Source: Candidatus Krumholzibacteriia bacterium
GTDB taxonomy: Bacteria; Krumholzibacteriota; Krumholzibacteriia; WVZY01; JAKEHA01
Direction of reading: 5' to 3'
DNA length: 64,000 nt
NCBI GenBank assembly: GCA_036273975.1
Contig: DASUGO010000106.1
Location: 4,943 to 68,942 of the forward strand
The notes under the pieces: generated by a model
What the model was told of the DNA's origin: nothing
The model's database searches: none
Seen by the model: only the letters and a program-made list of their open reading frames with translations
Shown here: positions 38,898 to 50,589 of the stretch, piece by piece
Position numbering within the stretch: the first letter of the stretch is position 1
Layout of the letters: every line of letters begins with the position of its first letter
Program-made: the position numbers and the translations under genes

Positions 38898-40223
38898 CTA
38901 GAAGTTCGCCCCGGTGGAGAAGTAGGGGCGGATGCGGCCGCGGGCGCCGTAGGCAAGGTCCAGCCGGACGACGTCCTGAATCGGCGAAAAGAGGCGGACC
39001 CCGACGCCGAACCCGCTGTGGAAATTGTCGTAGCGGAACTCCTCCGGCGTCGTCCACGCGATCCCGGTGTCGACAAACGCGACCACGCCGAGCTGGAAGT
39101 CGGTGATGCCGATGAACGGGATCCGGTACAGCACCTTCGGCCACGGCATCATACGCACCTCCAGCGACTGCACCCAGCGGTGCGCGGCGCGGAAGTCACT
39201 GCGCTCATAGCCGCGGATGGTGCCGGGACCACCGATACCAAAGCGGATGTAGCTCGGGTATTCGCCGAGCTGGATATTCGCGACCGAGTTCAACCCGACC
39301 ACGGTGGTGCGATCGAGAGGAAAGAAGAAGCGCACGTCGTTATCGACGCGATAATAGGTGTCCTGCGAGGCGTTCAACACCTGATTGGACAACAGGTTGA
39401 TGTAGAAGTAGGAGCCGTTGCGCGGCTTCAGGCTGGCGTCGCGGTTGTCAAAGCGGAAGCCGATCGAGGGGCTGAGCAGGTCCTCATCGACCTTGTCGGT
39501 GTTTCGCGCGCCCACGCGGTTGTGCGCGAGCGCCAGCCCGAAAATCAGCTGCGAGAACGCAATCCGGCTGCGTGTCAGCGGCACCGACGTGCTCACCTGG
39601 CCGCGCGTCTGCTCGATGATGTTGGGCTCGATCGCCGGCTCCTGCCGGTTGAAGTACGAGACACGCGCGCCCAGGCCGATATGATTCCACCCGAGCCACG
39701 CCGTCGACCACGCCGCGGCGGCGGAGTCGTTGTTGCGGTTGTCGCGCAGTGCATCGAGCGAGAAGTTCTCCAGCCGCCTTCGGAAGTTGCGGTCCTTCCA
39801 CTTCAATCCGTACACGATGCGTTCGGTGTTGATGTCGTAGTCGAGCACCGGGTAGATGAGATTCAACAGCAGCGTGGGACGCTCGGTGACCACCACGTGG
39901 ATGATGCAGCGGTCGGCAGCAATCGGTTCCACGTGCACCGCCACGGTGGCGAACGGACTCAGGTCCGAGATGTAGCGCTGGTCGCGCTCCACCGAACGCG
40001 CCTCCAGTCGGTTGCCCTGGCGCGACTCCATCTCGCGGACCACGGCGAAGGACTTCACGCGCGTGTTGCCGTGGACGTAGACGGTATCGATCATGCGCCC
40101 CTGGGCCCACTGGTATGCCTCGCTCTCGAAGCGCTGCACCGTGGCGCTGGAACTCGCAGGGGAAAGACCGGCCATCAGGGGCACGAGGAAAAACAAGGCC
40201 CCTCTCCATAGGGAAAACTGCAT
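38898..40223 (-). CDS. Omp85/BamA/TamA-family outer-membrane protein (one POTRA-like region plus a surface-antigen β-barrel)
   Basis: A signal peptide from the internal start MQFSLWRGALFFLVPLMAGLSPASSSA. The C-terminal barrel has an Omp85 signature (RGYERSDFRAAHRWVQSLEVR...GVAFVDTGIAW...SGFGVGVRLFSP...RLDLAY) and ends with an aromatic residue (GANF). Confidence 0.6.
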   Translation of the reverse strand: MQFSLWRGALFFLVPLMAGLSPASSSATVQRFESEAYQWAQGRMIDTVYVHGNTRVKSFAVVREMESRQGNRLEARSVERDQRYISDLSPFATVAVHVEPIAADRCIIHVVVTERPTLLLNLIYPVLDYDINTERIVYGLKWKDRNFRRRLENFSLDALRDNRNNDSAAAAWSTAWLGWNHIGLGARVSYFNRQEPAIEPNIIEQTRGQVSTSVPLTRSRIAFSQLIFGLALAHNRVGARNTDKVDEDLLSPSIGFRFDNRDASLKPRNGSYFYINLLSNQVLNASQDTYYRVDNDVRFFFPLDRTTVVGLNSVANIQLGEYPSYIRFGIGGPGTIRGYERSDFRAAHRWVQSLEVRMMPWPKVLYRIPFIGITDFQLGVVAFVDTGIAWTTPEEFRYDNFHSGFGVGVRLFSPIQDVVRLDLAYGARGRIRPYFSTGANF

Positions 40224-40291
40224 CCCAACAAGGATACGCCCCCGGTGAACGGGGGCGAAAGTGCAAATACAGATGAGGACGGGGCGCCCGC

Positions 40292-41482
40292 TCAGGAGAC
40301 CGGGTTCACCGAGAGGTCGCCAACCGGAGATCCGGGGGGCTGAACGCCCACCGGGGGCCGTGTCCCGAAGCGGCTGAGGACGATCGAACCCAGACCGACG
40401 ATGTAACCGAACAGCCACACGACGGCGCTGACGATCTGCAGGAAGATGTAGAAATTGATGGGGCCGTGCCCGACGGAATCGAACAGGAACGCCACCAGTT
40501 CCGGAACCGATAGCGCGAGGAACCCAACCAGCAGCCGCACCATGACTCCCCCGGTCAGCCCCACGCGCGCGCTGATCGCGCGCCCCACCGCGTACGCAAA
40601 CACGGTGCACGCGATCACGAACACGCCGATGTAACTCAGGAACAGAATGATGGCGAGCGGAATGCCAATCACCGTGATGACCAGCGGGATAATGACGATG
40701 AGAATGGCAAACTGCAACGCAATCGACGCGAGCACGCCGGCGCCGAAGCTGCGCAGCACGCCCGCGGAAAGGTGCTCGCTGGTGCGCTCCACGCGCCCGC
40801 GCAGGAACAGCATGGTGATGAGGAACATGATCAGCCCGACGAACAGCATGAAGGCGGAACCGATGGCGCGCAGCTTGTCGCCTTCCAGGTTGAGTGCGTC
40901 GCCCACGTGCGTCGCGATGCCGCCCACGAGAATCTTTTCGCCGCGGATCACGACGTCGTCGTCTTCGACGATCTTGCCCCCGATAGCAACGATGTCGCCC
41001 TTGACCTCGGCGCCGTTGCGGACGCGAATCTCGCCGCCCAGCACAACCACCGAGCCGGCCACCGTGCCCTCGATGATGGCGTTTCCGCCAAACACGACCA
41101 CGTCGCCGGGGATCACTTCGCCGGGGGCCACGTAGACGCTCTCGCCCACGCGCACGATACTGTCGTCACCACCATGGTCGTCGGTGGAGCCGAAGTTGAA
41201 GTCGTACTGCAGCGCACCCGTGGAGTCGGAACCCTCACCCTCGATGCGCACGCCGCTGCCGCCGATCACGATTCTCTTCTTCACGGTCGGCGCCGGCGGC
41301 GCTGGCGGCGCCGTAACGCCGGAAACCGGCGGAGCCTCCGGAATGTCCGGGATGTCCACGATTATGGTGTCGGGGGATGCGACGGCCGAGGTGTGCACGG
41401 CGGGCGTCAGCGTTGCAAACGACGCCGCCAGCACGAACAACCCCGGCATCATGGCCAGGCGACTAAAGCGAGAACATGGCAT
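40292..41482 (-). CDS. Membrane protein with a bactofilin-like (polymer-forming β-helix) repeat domain and a C-terminal multi-TM region
   Basis: A signal/anchor segment, then repetitive GxxVxVxGxVxGxV runs (VVVFGGNAIIEGTVAGSVVVLGGEIRVRNGAEVKGDIVAIGGKIV), then 5-6 predicted TM helices. It overlaps the anti-sigma gene by 20 nt. Confidence 0.5.
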   Translation of the reverse strand: MPCSRFSRLAMMPGLFVLAASFATLTPAVHTSAVASPDTIIVDIPDIPEAPPVSGVTAPPAPPAPTVKKRIVIGGSGVRIEGEGSDSTGALQYDFNFGSTDDHGGDDSIVRVGESVYVAPGEVIPGDVVVFGGNAIIEGTVAGSVVVLGGEIRVRNGAEVKGDIVAIGGKIVEDDDVVIRGEKILVGGIATHVGDALNLEGDKLRAIGSAFMLFVGLIMFLITMLFLRGRVERTSEHLSAGVLRSFGAGVLASIALQFAILIVIIPLVITVIGIPLAIILFLSYIGVFVIACTVFAYAVGRAISARVGLTGGVMVRLLVGFLALSVPELVAFLFDSVGHGPINFYIFLQIVSAVVWLFGYIVGLGSIVLSRFGTRPPVGVQPPGSPVGDLSVNPVS

Positions 41483-42086
41483 GACCCGACGGCCTCTTCC
41501 TGCGCCCGGAGCGCGTGGTGGAAAGCACGATGGCGGCGGCCACAACACCCGCGGCGATCAGCATCGCCGGGGAGACGTATGCGGTGACGGCGTGGAAGAC
41601 CGTCCGTGCCGCACGGAAATAGGGTTCCAGCGCGGAGATGGTCGAAATGGATCCCAGCACTCCCTGTGCCCACAGCACCGCGCGCGCAAAGCCCTCGGCC
41701 GCGCCCGCCAGCGATCCACGGGTGCCGGAGAGAATCACAGCCACGGGGACGTACAGCGCAAGAACCAGCGCAGCGGCGGTCAACGGGTGCCGTACCCGCG
41801 CCGGCACGGCAAAGTAACGGTCGGCCATGCGGCGCGCCCACGGGAAGCGCGGTTCGTGGATAAGCCCTTCCGCGTGGAGGTGCGCCATCACCGCGACACC
41901 GAGGCGGGCCGGCGGGTCGAAGCGCGGCATCTCGCGCAGACTCCGGAACACGTCGCGGTACGCGATGACATCGGACTCGCACGCGGCGCACTCGGTCACG
42001 TGGTAAACAAAATCGTTGCGCTCGAGGGTCGGCAGGCGTCCCTCGAGGTAGTTCTGCATCAGGCTTCTGGCGGTTTCGCAGTTCAT
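41463..42086 (-). CDS. Putative zinc-finger (zf-HC2/ZAS) anti-sigma factor, single-pass membrane protein
   Basis: The N-terminal Cx20HxxxCxxC pattern (CETARSLMQNYLEGRL...HVTECAACE), one TM helix (LTAAALVLALYVPVAVIL) and an extracytoplasmic C-terminus. Confidence 0.55.
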   Translation of the reverse strand: MNCETARSLMQNYLEGRLPTLERNDFVYHVTECAACESDVIAYRDVFRSLREMPRFDPPARLGVAVMAHLHAEGLIHEPRFPWARRMADRYFAVPARVRHPLTAAALVLALYVPVAVILSGTRGSLAGAAEGFARAVLWAQGVLGSISTISALEPYFRAARTVFHAVTAYVSPAMLIAAGVVAAAIVLSTTRSGRRKRPSGHAMFSL

Positions 42087-42110
42087 TACAATCCGGTCCC
42101 CCGACCGGCG

Positions 42111-43205
42111 TCAGCGTGTGGCGGACTCGGTCCGCTCCAGTATACTCACGTTGCCGCTCGCCGTCTCTATATCGACGCGCGCGGCGCCCGATCCAACGAC
42201 TCCCTGCAGCCGGCGCCGGTCGACGCGGCTGACCTTGATCGGGAGGTCGCCTTCAATTGATCCGCTCGACGTCTGCACGTCGAGCTTGAATCCAAAATCT
42301 TTCACGGCCACGTACAGAACATCGATGTCGCCGCTGGACGAACTCAACTCGAAGATGCGTCCGGCGCTCGGCACGATCATCACTTCAATATTACCGCTGG
42401 ATGATGTGGCGTCCACGTTGCCGGTGACTTCGTGAATGGTCCCGTCGCCACTCGCGGCGCGGAAACTCACGCTCCCGGAGCAGCCGTCCAGCGTGAAATT
42501 CCCGCTGGTGAGGCTGACCTCGGCGTCCTTCCCGATGCGGCTGACGCGGGCGTCGCCACTGGTGGCCTCCAGCTGGAGCTTGCCCGTGACGTTGTCGACG
42601 GTAATATTGCCGCTCGTCGCGCTGGCTTCCAGGTCTCCCCCTGCCTCGGCCACTTCGAGATCGCCGCTCGTCACGCGCGCCTCGACGCCTCCGGTCACCG
42701 CGCGCACCGACACATTGCCGCTGGTCGCGGTCGCGGCCACGGACCCGCCGATATTGGAAATGCGCACGTCGCCGCTCGACGCCGACGCATCCACTGAAAA
42801 TGCATAGGGGACTTCAATGGTGTAGTCGACCCAGGCGGACCGGCGGTCGCCCTTGACCAGCGACATCAGGCCGTGGCTGCCGTGGCGATCCTCGTGCGTA
42901 TCGATGACGACCTTGTCGCCATGGGTCTCGATCTCAACTTGCAGCTGATCGAGTATTTCGGCCGCCTCGTCGTTGTCCTTGCCGTTGACGGTCTTGACCG
43001 CAATGATGGAAACCGCATCCAGCCCGGCCTTGCCCACGATCACCGTGCGGCCGGACCCGTTGCGGATCACCAGCGACGTCCTGCCGGCCGCGTCGACCGT
43101 CTGTTTTTCTTCGCGTTCGACGCGGTTTCCGGGGTCCGCCCCGGCGCTGGTCGCGGTCAGGAGCGCCAGAACCAGCGGCGCCATCTGCAAAATCCCGTGC
43201 TTCAT
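42111..43205 (-). CDS. DUF4097-family β-repeat protein (putative adhesin/LiaG-YvlB-like), secreted
   Basis: A signal peptide from MKHGILQMAPLVLALLTATSAGA, then many repeats of the (T/S)SG(D/N)(V/I/L)xV type spanning ~250 aa. Confidence 0.6.
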   Translation of the reverse strand: MKHGILQMAPLVLALLTATSAGADPGNRVEREEKQTVDAAGRTSLVIRNGSGRTVIVGKAGLDAVSIIAVKTVNGKDNDEAAEILDQLQVEIETHGDKVVIDTHEDRHGSHGLMSLVKGDRRSAWVDYTIEVPYAFSVDASASSGDVRISNIGGSVAATATSGNVSVRAVTGGVEARVTSGDLEVAEAGGDLEASATSGNITVDNVTGKLQLEATSGDARVSRIGKDAEVSLTSGNFTLDGCSGSVSFRAASGDGTIHEVTGNVDATSSSGNIEVMIVPSAGRIFELSSSSGDIDVLYVAVKDFGFKLDVQTSSGSIEGDLPIKVSRVDRRRLQGVVGSGAARVDIETASGNVSILERTESATR

Positions 43206-43374
43206 CGTGGGGTAACCTCCATCTCCACCACCCGCCCCGGCAACCGGGGTCTGTAACTCGTGGAGTCTACGGAAAGGCCACCGGAAATGTTCGCCCCGCG
43301 GCCATTTTTCCGCGCAACGCCGGGCCGGGCGCCGGAAGTACGGCATATCCGATTAATTAACAATGAGTTACACA

Positions 43375-43950
43375 TCATGACAGAAAGTCCTCATTCCCGA
43401 GCAGATTCTTGAGCATCTCCCGCGCCCGGTGGATGCGGGCCTTGACCGTCCCGAGCGGGACCGACAGGTGGTCGGCAATCTCCTCATAGGAGAGGTCCTC
43501 CTGGTGGCGGAGGATCAGCATGATCCGGTAGTGCTCGGGGAGCGAGGTGATGGCGGCCTCGAGCCGCTCCATCTTCTGGTTGCGATCCAGGCGCTCCTCG
43601 GGGGTCGGATCCGCGGTCGCGTACTGGCGCTGGATCTCGCCCTTCTCGCCATCGATGGGCTGGTCCATCGGGAGCGTGTCGATGCGCCGCTTGCGCAGAT
43701 AGTCGATGCAGAGGTTGGACGTGATCTTGAAGAGCCAGCTCGAGAACGCATACGCGGAGTTGTAGCGGTCGAGCGAGGCGAACACTTTAATGAAGGACTC
43801 CTGGGCCAGATCGGTGGCCTCGTCGCGGTTGCGGACCATGCGCAGGCAAATGCTGAACACCGCGCGCTCGTACTTTTCGAGCAACGCCCGGTAGGCACGC
43901 TCGTCTCCCGAGCGCGCTCTCGCGACCAGCTGGATGTCCTCTTCTTTCAC
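43375..43950 (-). CDS. ECF-type RNA polymerase sigma factor (σ70 family group 4, RpoE-like)
   Basis: Region 2 (DLAQESFIKVFASLDRYNSAYAFSSWLFKITSNLCIDYLRKRR) and region 4 (LSYEEIADHLSVPLGTVKARIHRAR). The likely start is GTG at 43950 (VKEEDIQLV), and the upstream extension in the ORF track is probably spurious. Confidence 0.8.
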   Translation of the reverse strand: MKEEDIQLVARARSGDERAYRALLEKYERAVFSICLRMVRNRDEATDLAQESFIKVFASLDRYNSAYAFSSWLFKITSNLCIDYLRKRRIDTLPMDQPIDGEKGEIQRQYATADPTPEERLDRNQKMERLEAAITSLPEHYRIMLILRHQEDLSYEEIADHLSVPLGTVKARIHRAREMLKNLLGNEDFLS

Positions 43951-44161
43951 GGCGATTGAGTCGTGTTGATGGACACGCGCGTGCCGCGCCCGAGCCCGGG
44001 CGCACCACCCCGTCGCACCCAGGGGGCGCCGGAGTGGATCGTAAAGGTGTGCCGGTCCAGCGCGCTGCGGCACGCCCGCGCCGGAAACCGGATGACATGC
44101 GAGGCCGTTCGGATACTCCGCGCTCCAGGGCCATCGCCCCAAGCGCTGAAAGTGATTTATG

Positions 44162-44191
44162 TTGACACATTTTGGAAGCGGTTTCTACAGT
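44162..44191 (+). promoter_or_regulatory. Putative σ70-type promoter for eno (TTGACA–N18–TACAGT)
   Basis: A -35 hexamer ttgaca at 44162-44167 and a -10-like tacagt at 44186-44191, ~40 nt upstream of the eno ATG. Confidence 0.35.
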
Positions 44192-44220
44192 CAGATGGTC
44201 GCTGTCCCAACTTCCCCTAG

Positions 44221-45516
<1,296 letters not shown>

Positions 45517-45530
45517 GCGAGGAGGGTCGC

Positions 45531-45980
45531 ATGCGTTACTGGGAGTATGATCGCGAGGGTGGCGTGGAAAAACGAGGCGCGTTCAAGGATTACAAACCGC
45601 AGAGCCGTTGCGCGGGAACGTCGGTGGTCACCAGCGGCGGCAGCGTGGGTCCGTTCCTGCGCAAGGTCTACCAGCACCAGGTCGCCGTCAGCGCGCCCGT
45701 ACAGCGTTTCTTCCTGTTTCTGCTGCTCGCCGGCGTGATCTACGCGTTCGTGCTGGGCGACGGCGGCGCCATCCGCATCGCAATGCTGCGCCACGAGCGC
45801 GCGTCGCTCGACCGCGACATCGCGGAACTCGAACACAATGCGAGTCTCCTGCAGACCGAAATCGCGCGGCTCGACAACGATCCCCTCTACATCGAGAAGG
45901 TCGCGCGCGAGCGCTATGGCTACATCCAGAAGGGTGATCGCGTCTACAAGCTCGTCCCCACCGACGCGAAGTCCAACTAG
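45531..45980 (+). CDS. Septum formation initiator family protein (FtsB/DivIC-like)
   Basis: It starts at ATG 45531 with a gaggaggg RBS. One TM helix (FFLFLLLAGVIYAFVL) is followed by a coiled-coil (LRHERASLDRDIAELEHNASLLQTEIARLDNDPLYIEKVARERYGY). It is a common neighbour of eno. Confidence 0.65.
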   Translation: MRYWEYDREGGVEKRGAFKDYKPQSRCAGTSVVTSGGSVGPFLRKVYQHQVAVSAPVQRFFLFLLLAGVIYAFVLGDGGAIRIAMLRHERASLDRDIAELEHNASLLQTEIARLDNDPLYIEKVARERYGYIQKGDRVYKLVPTDAKSN

Positions 45981-46073
45981 CCCCGTAACTTCCTAGAAAA
46001 TCGCTGTTTTCGTCCGCCCCGGGGGCTTGACAGGAGCCCCCGCATGAGCGACACTACCCCTCCAAAGAATTGT

Positions 46074-47950
<1,877 letters not shown>

Positions 47951-48214
47951 AACATCATTGGCAACAATCGGTTATCCCATATTTGCTCTGAAGCCCCGGG
48001 GCATCAAGTCCGTTCTCCGCTCTCCTCGGGCTGTAACCGGCGATTCTTGCGACTCTTGCGGGCCCCACCGGCTATCCCCGACCGCTCCTTCGCGATTCTT
48101 TGGGCTCGCCGCGTGGCCCAGCGGCGGAGAAGGGAAAGCACTATTTCGGCCTGCCCAGAATCCATCGGAGCCACGTCCGAAGCAATGAGCGACCAAACCG
48201 GTGCAGCCCGCGAT

Positions 48215-48397
48215 CTACCGCCCACGATCGTCCTCACCCGCAAGGTATTCCACCGTCACGCCGAGAGCTGCCGCGAGCCGTTCGAGGAGGGCTCTGCTCG
48301 GGGTCACGCGCTCTGTTTCGATCCGGCTCACGTAGCCCTCCGCAACGCCGGCCACACGGGCAATGTCGATTTGGCGCAGGCCTCGCTCCAACCGAAT
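48215..48397 (-). CDS. XRE-family helix-turn-helix transcriptional regulator (phage repressor-like)
   Basis: The HTH_3 motif is present (MIRLERGLRQIDIARVAGVAEGYVSRIETERVTPSRALLERLAAALGV). The likely start is the internal Met at 48397. Confidence 0.55.
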   Translation of the reverse strand: MRLERGLRQIDIARVAGVAEGYVSRIETERVTPSRALLERLAAALGVTVEYLAGEDDRGR

Positions 48398-48547
48398 CAT
48401 TTTGAATCTGCTCAGGCGCGTCACGGCGTTCCTCCATGTGAATTTCAATACCCACATGTAGCGTGGCCGCCAACGCAGCGCCCGTCCAGCAGATCAGGCC
48501 CGGATGGCGCTTAAGCACGTCAATTCTGTATGCTGAAAAAGGGGGGC

Positions 48548-49612
48548 TTAGCTCGAAGGGTCGTTTTCAGAAACAGAGAGGGATTTCCTGGCGTATCGAT
48601 ACGCGTTCAGGGCCCGTTTTGTGTGGCCCGCTTTGAAGGGATCATCGCCGGCTCGCTCCCGAGCATCAACGAAGATGAAGTAGACCAGCTGATCGGCCAG
48701 TCCCGCCGCCTTGTAGGTCGTGAGACCCCCACTTTTGACGAGTTCGTCGGTGAGAGCAACAAAGACCGCCTTGTCTACCCGCCGCACAAGTTGGCTACGG
48801 CTCGGCTGCCCCCTCCGGTCGCGGAGCAGTTTCCTGTGGGTGCCGGCGGCGGTACGAAGGTCATCGTCGGCAATTTCGTCAAAACGCTGCTTCCGGCGAC
48901 GCTTGTACTCCTCGACGAATGCTCCGTACTCGCGCAACTCCGGCTCGATACGCAAACGCACATCCGCCGAAACGGCGCTGGTCTCCGCAGCAATTTCCTG
49001 CAAGGCGGCAAACGTCCTCTGTAGTCGTTTGGGCACATGATCCCCGAGAGCCTTGTAGTCCCTCGCGCGCTCGACCTGCAAGGGGTCCACGTCGCGCAGC
49101 GATCGTAGACGCCCGATCGGGACCCCAGCTCCGTGGAGTTCATGGAGCAGGCCACACGCCCGGTCCACCCATGTTTTCTTCCACGCCTTCCGGTGGAGCG
49201 CGTATACGAGGATCGCATAGAGAATTGCGCGATCCTCCTTGATCGAACTCCATGCCGAAGCAGCTACCGGGCGTTGCAGCAGGTGCGCTTCATGTTCCAG
49301 CATGTCCTTCGCCATATCGTCCACTGGGGGATACTCGAATGATGAGGGGCCACTTCCCTGCCGCTGGATCGAAAAGAGAAAGCTCAGGAGGTGGGTTTCA
49401 GTCACGGAACTACCGACCCCGCCATCCCAGATATCGTCGTCGAATGCGATGAGGCCTGCGGGACACAGATAGTCGCCGTCGTCACGATAAGCAACCCACG
49501 CCATTCCGGCATCGGCACAGCGCCAGGCTTCTCGGTAGTCGTCGACCGTTAGGAGCTTCCGAAGCCCGTCGCACCGAAAGTCCGGTCTTGCTTCCCTGCT
49601 AGTCATCACCAT
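48548..49612 (-). CDS. Hypothetical protein (354 aa), mobile-element associated
   Basis: A long ORF in the dominant minus-strand orientation with host-like codon usage. No domain was recognised by eye. It overlaps the next gene by 14 nt. Confidence 0.4.
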   Translation of the reverse strand: MVMTSREARPDFRCDGLRKLLTVDDYREAWRCADAGMAWVAYRDDGDYLCPAGLIAFDDDIWDGGVGSSVTETHLLSFLFSIQRQGSGPSSFEYPPVDDMAKDMLEHEAHLLQRPVAASAWSSIKEDRAILYAILVYALHRKAWKKTWVDRACGLLHELHGAGVPIGRLRSLRDVDPLQVERARDYKALGDHVPKRLQRTFAALQEIAAETSAVSADVRLRIEPELREYGAFVEEYKRRRKQRFDEIADDDLRTAAGTHRKLLRDRRGQPSRSQLVRRVDKAVFVALTDELVKSGGLTTYKAAGLADQLVYFIFVDARERAGDDPFKAGHTKRALNAYRYARKSLSVSENDPSS

Positions 49613-50498
49613 TCTCCGTGTTTACCGTGCCGTGCGACTGCGGCCAAGCAAGTCCCTGCCAGTGCTTGTTAAAATCACCCACGAACGCCTCTGCCTCAGT
49701 TAGGGCAACCCTCCAGCACGGATGCCACAGCACAGCGCCCATGACGGTTCGGGTTGCCCGATGGTACCCCAGCGTTCGTACCACAAACATGATTCCTACG
49801 CCCGGGCCCCGTCTCGTCCGCCCGGCAGCCCGAAGAAAGGCCCTCTCGATGGGCTGTGCGGTTTCCTGGAGCAGTTGTCCCAGTCTCAGACTCTGCCCTT
49901 TGAGATATCGCAATGAGGAGATCGCCCGTGACTCAGTGTCGACTTCGTACATTCGGTCATGCGGGAACACATTGGTAAGGTCAACAGCTACCAGACCATA
50001 GTCCACGTTGACCCGACGCAACTGGCGAAACCCTTCACTCACTCGGCCAGCTACGGTTTCGGGCTTGCCATATCCAACTTTGCACGCAATGCCCCAACAT
50101 CGTCCCCGATGTGTTGCCAATACGTCGGGAGGGTCCTGCAGCGTTGCCCCGGGCGCAAACTTGTTGCAATTGAAAGCGCAAACCAGCTCGAACAACAAAT
50201 CGCGTCCCCTCGATCGCCGCCCCGGAGTAAGAAGGCCCGGGTCTCCAGCTTGAACCAGAGGGAGATACTTAAGAACTTGCTCCTCGAACGGAGTGCCGAT
50301 CGAGTCAAGCACCACGGCCGCGAGAGCTGACATGTTCGCGAGATGGTTGAGCGCCTCGTGGTGAGGATAGTCATCCGGAAAAGCCCGCTTTTCGTACAAG
50401 CACAGCAGCTCCCGGGATGACGCGATCGACTTGACCAAGGTCGAGGCGGGGCGGAACCTGATATTGTGCGAGACGAGATAGTTCTCAAAGTTCATCAA
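49599..50498 (-). CDS. Hypothetical protein (299 aa), mobile-element associated
   Basis: A long ORF co-oriented and overlapping with the 354-aa ORF. No recognisable motif. Confidence 0.4.
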   Translation of the reverse strand: MMNFENYLVSHNIRFRPASTLVKSIASSRELLCLYEKRAFPDDYPHHEALNHLANMSALAAVVLDSIGTPFEEQVLKYLPLVQAGDPGLLTPGRRSRGRDLLFELVCAFNCNKFAPGATLQDPPDVLATHRGRCWGIACKVGYGKPETVAGRVSEGFRQLRRVNVDYGLVAVDLTNVFPHDRMYEVDTESRAISSLRYLKGQSLRLGQLLQETAQPIERAFLRAAGRTRRGPGVGIMFVVRTLGYHRATRTVMGAVLWHPCWRVALTEAEAFVGDFNKHWQGLAWPQSHGTVNTENGDD

Positions 50499-50589
50499 TG
50501 CTGCTCAAGATGGCAGCAAACGATCTATCTTCCCGAAACAAATCCACTTAGCCCCTCAATCGTTCACCATTGATACCCATTGTCCTTCA

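Noticed and set aside
46021-46047. Inverted repeat gggggct-tgacagg-agccccc upstream of tRNA-fMet, possible ftsB terminator or tRNA promoter
   Set aside because: The stem is short (7 bp) and there is no U-tract. The TTGACA inside it may instead be the tRNA -35 element. The evidence cannot separate the two readings, so it is not annotated.
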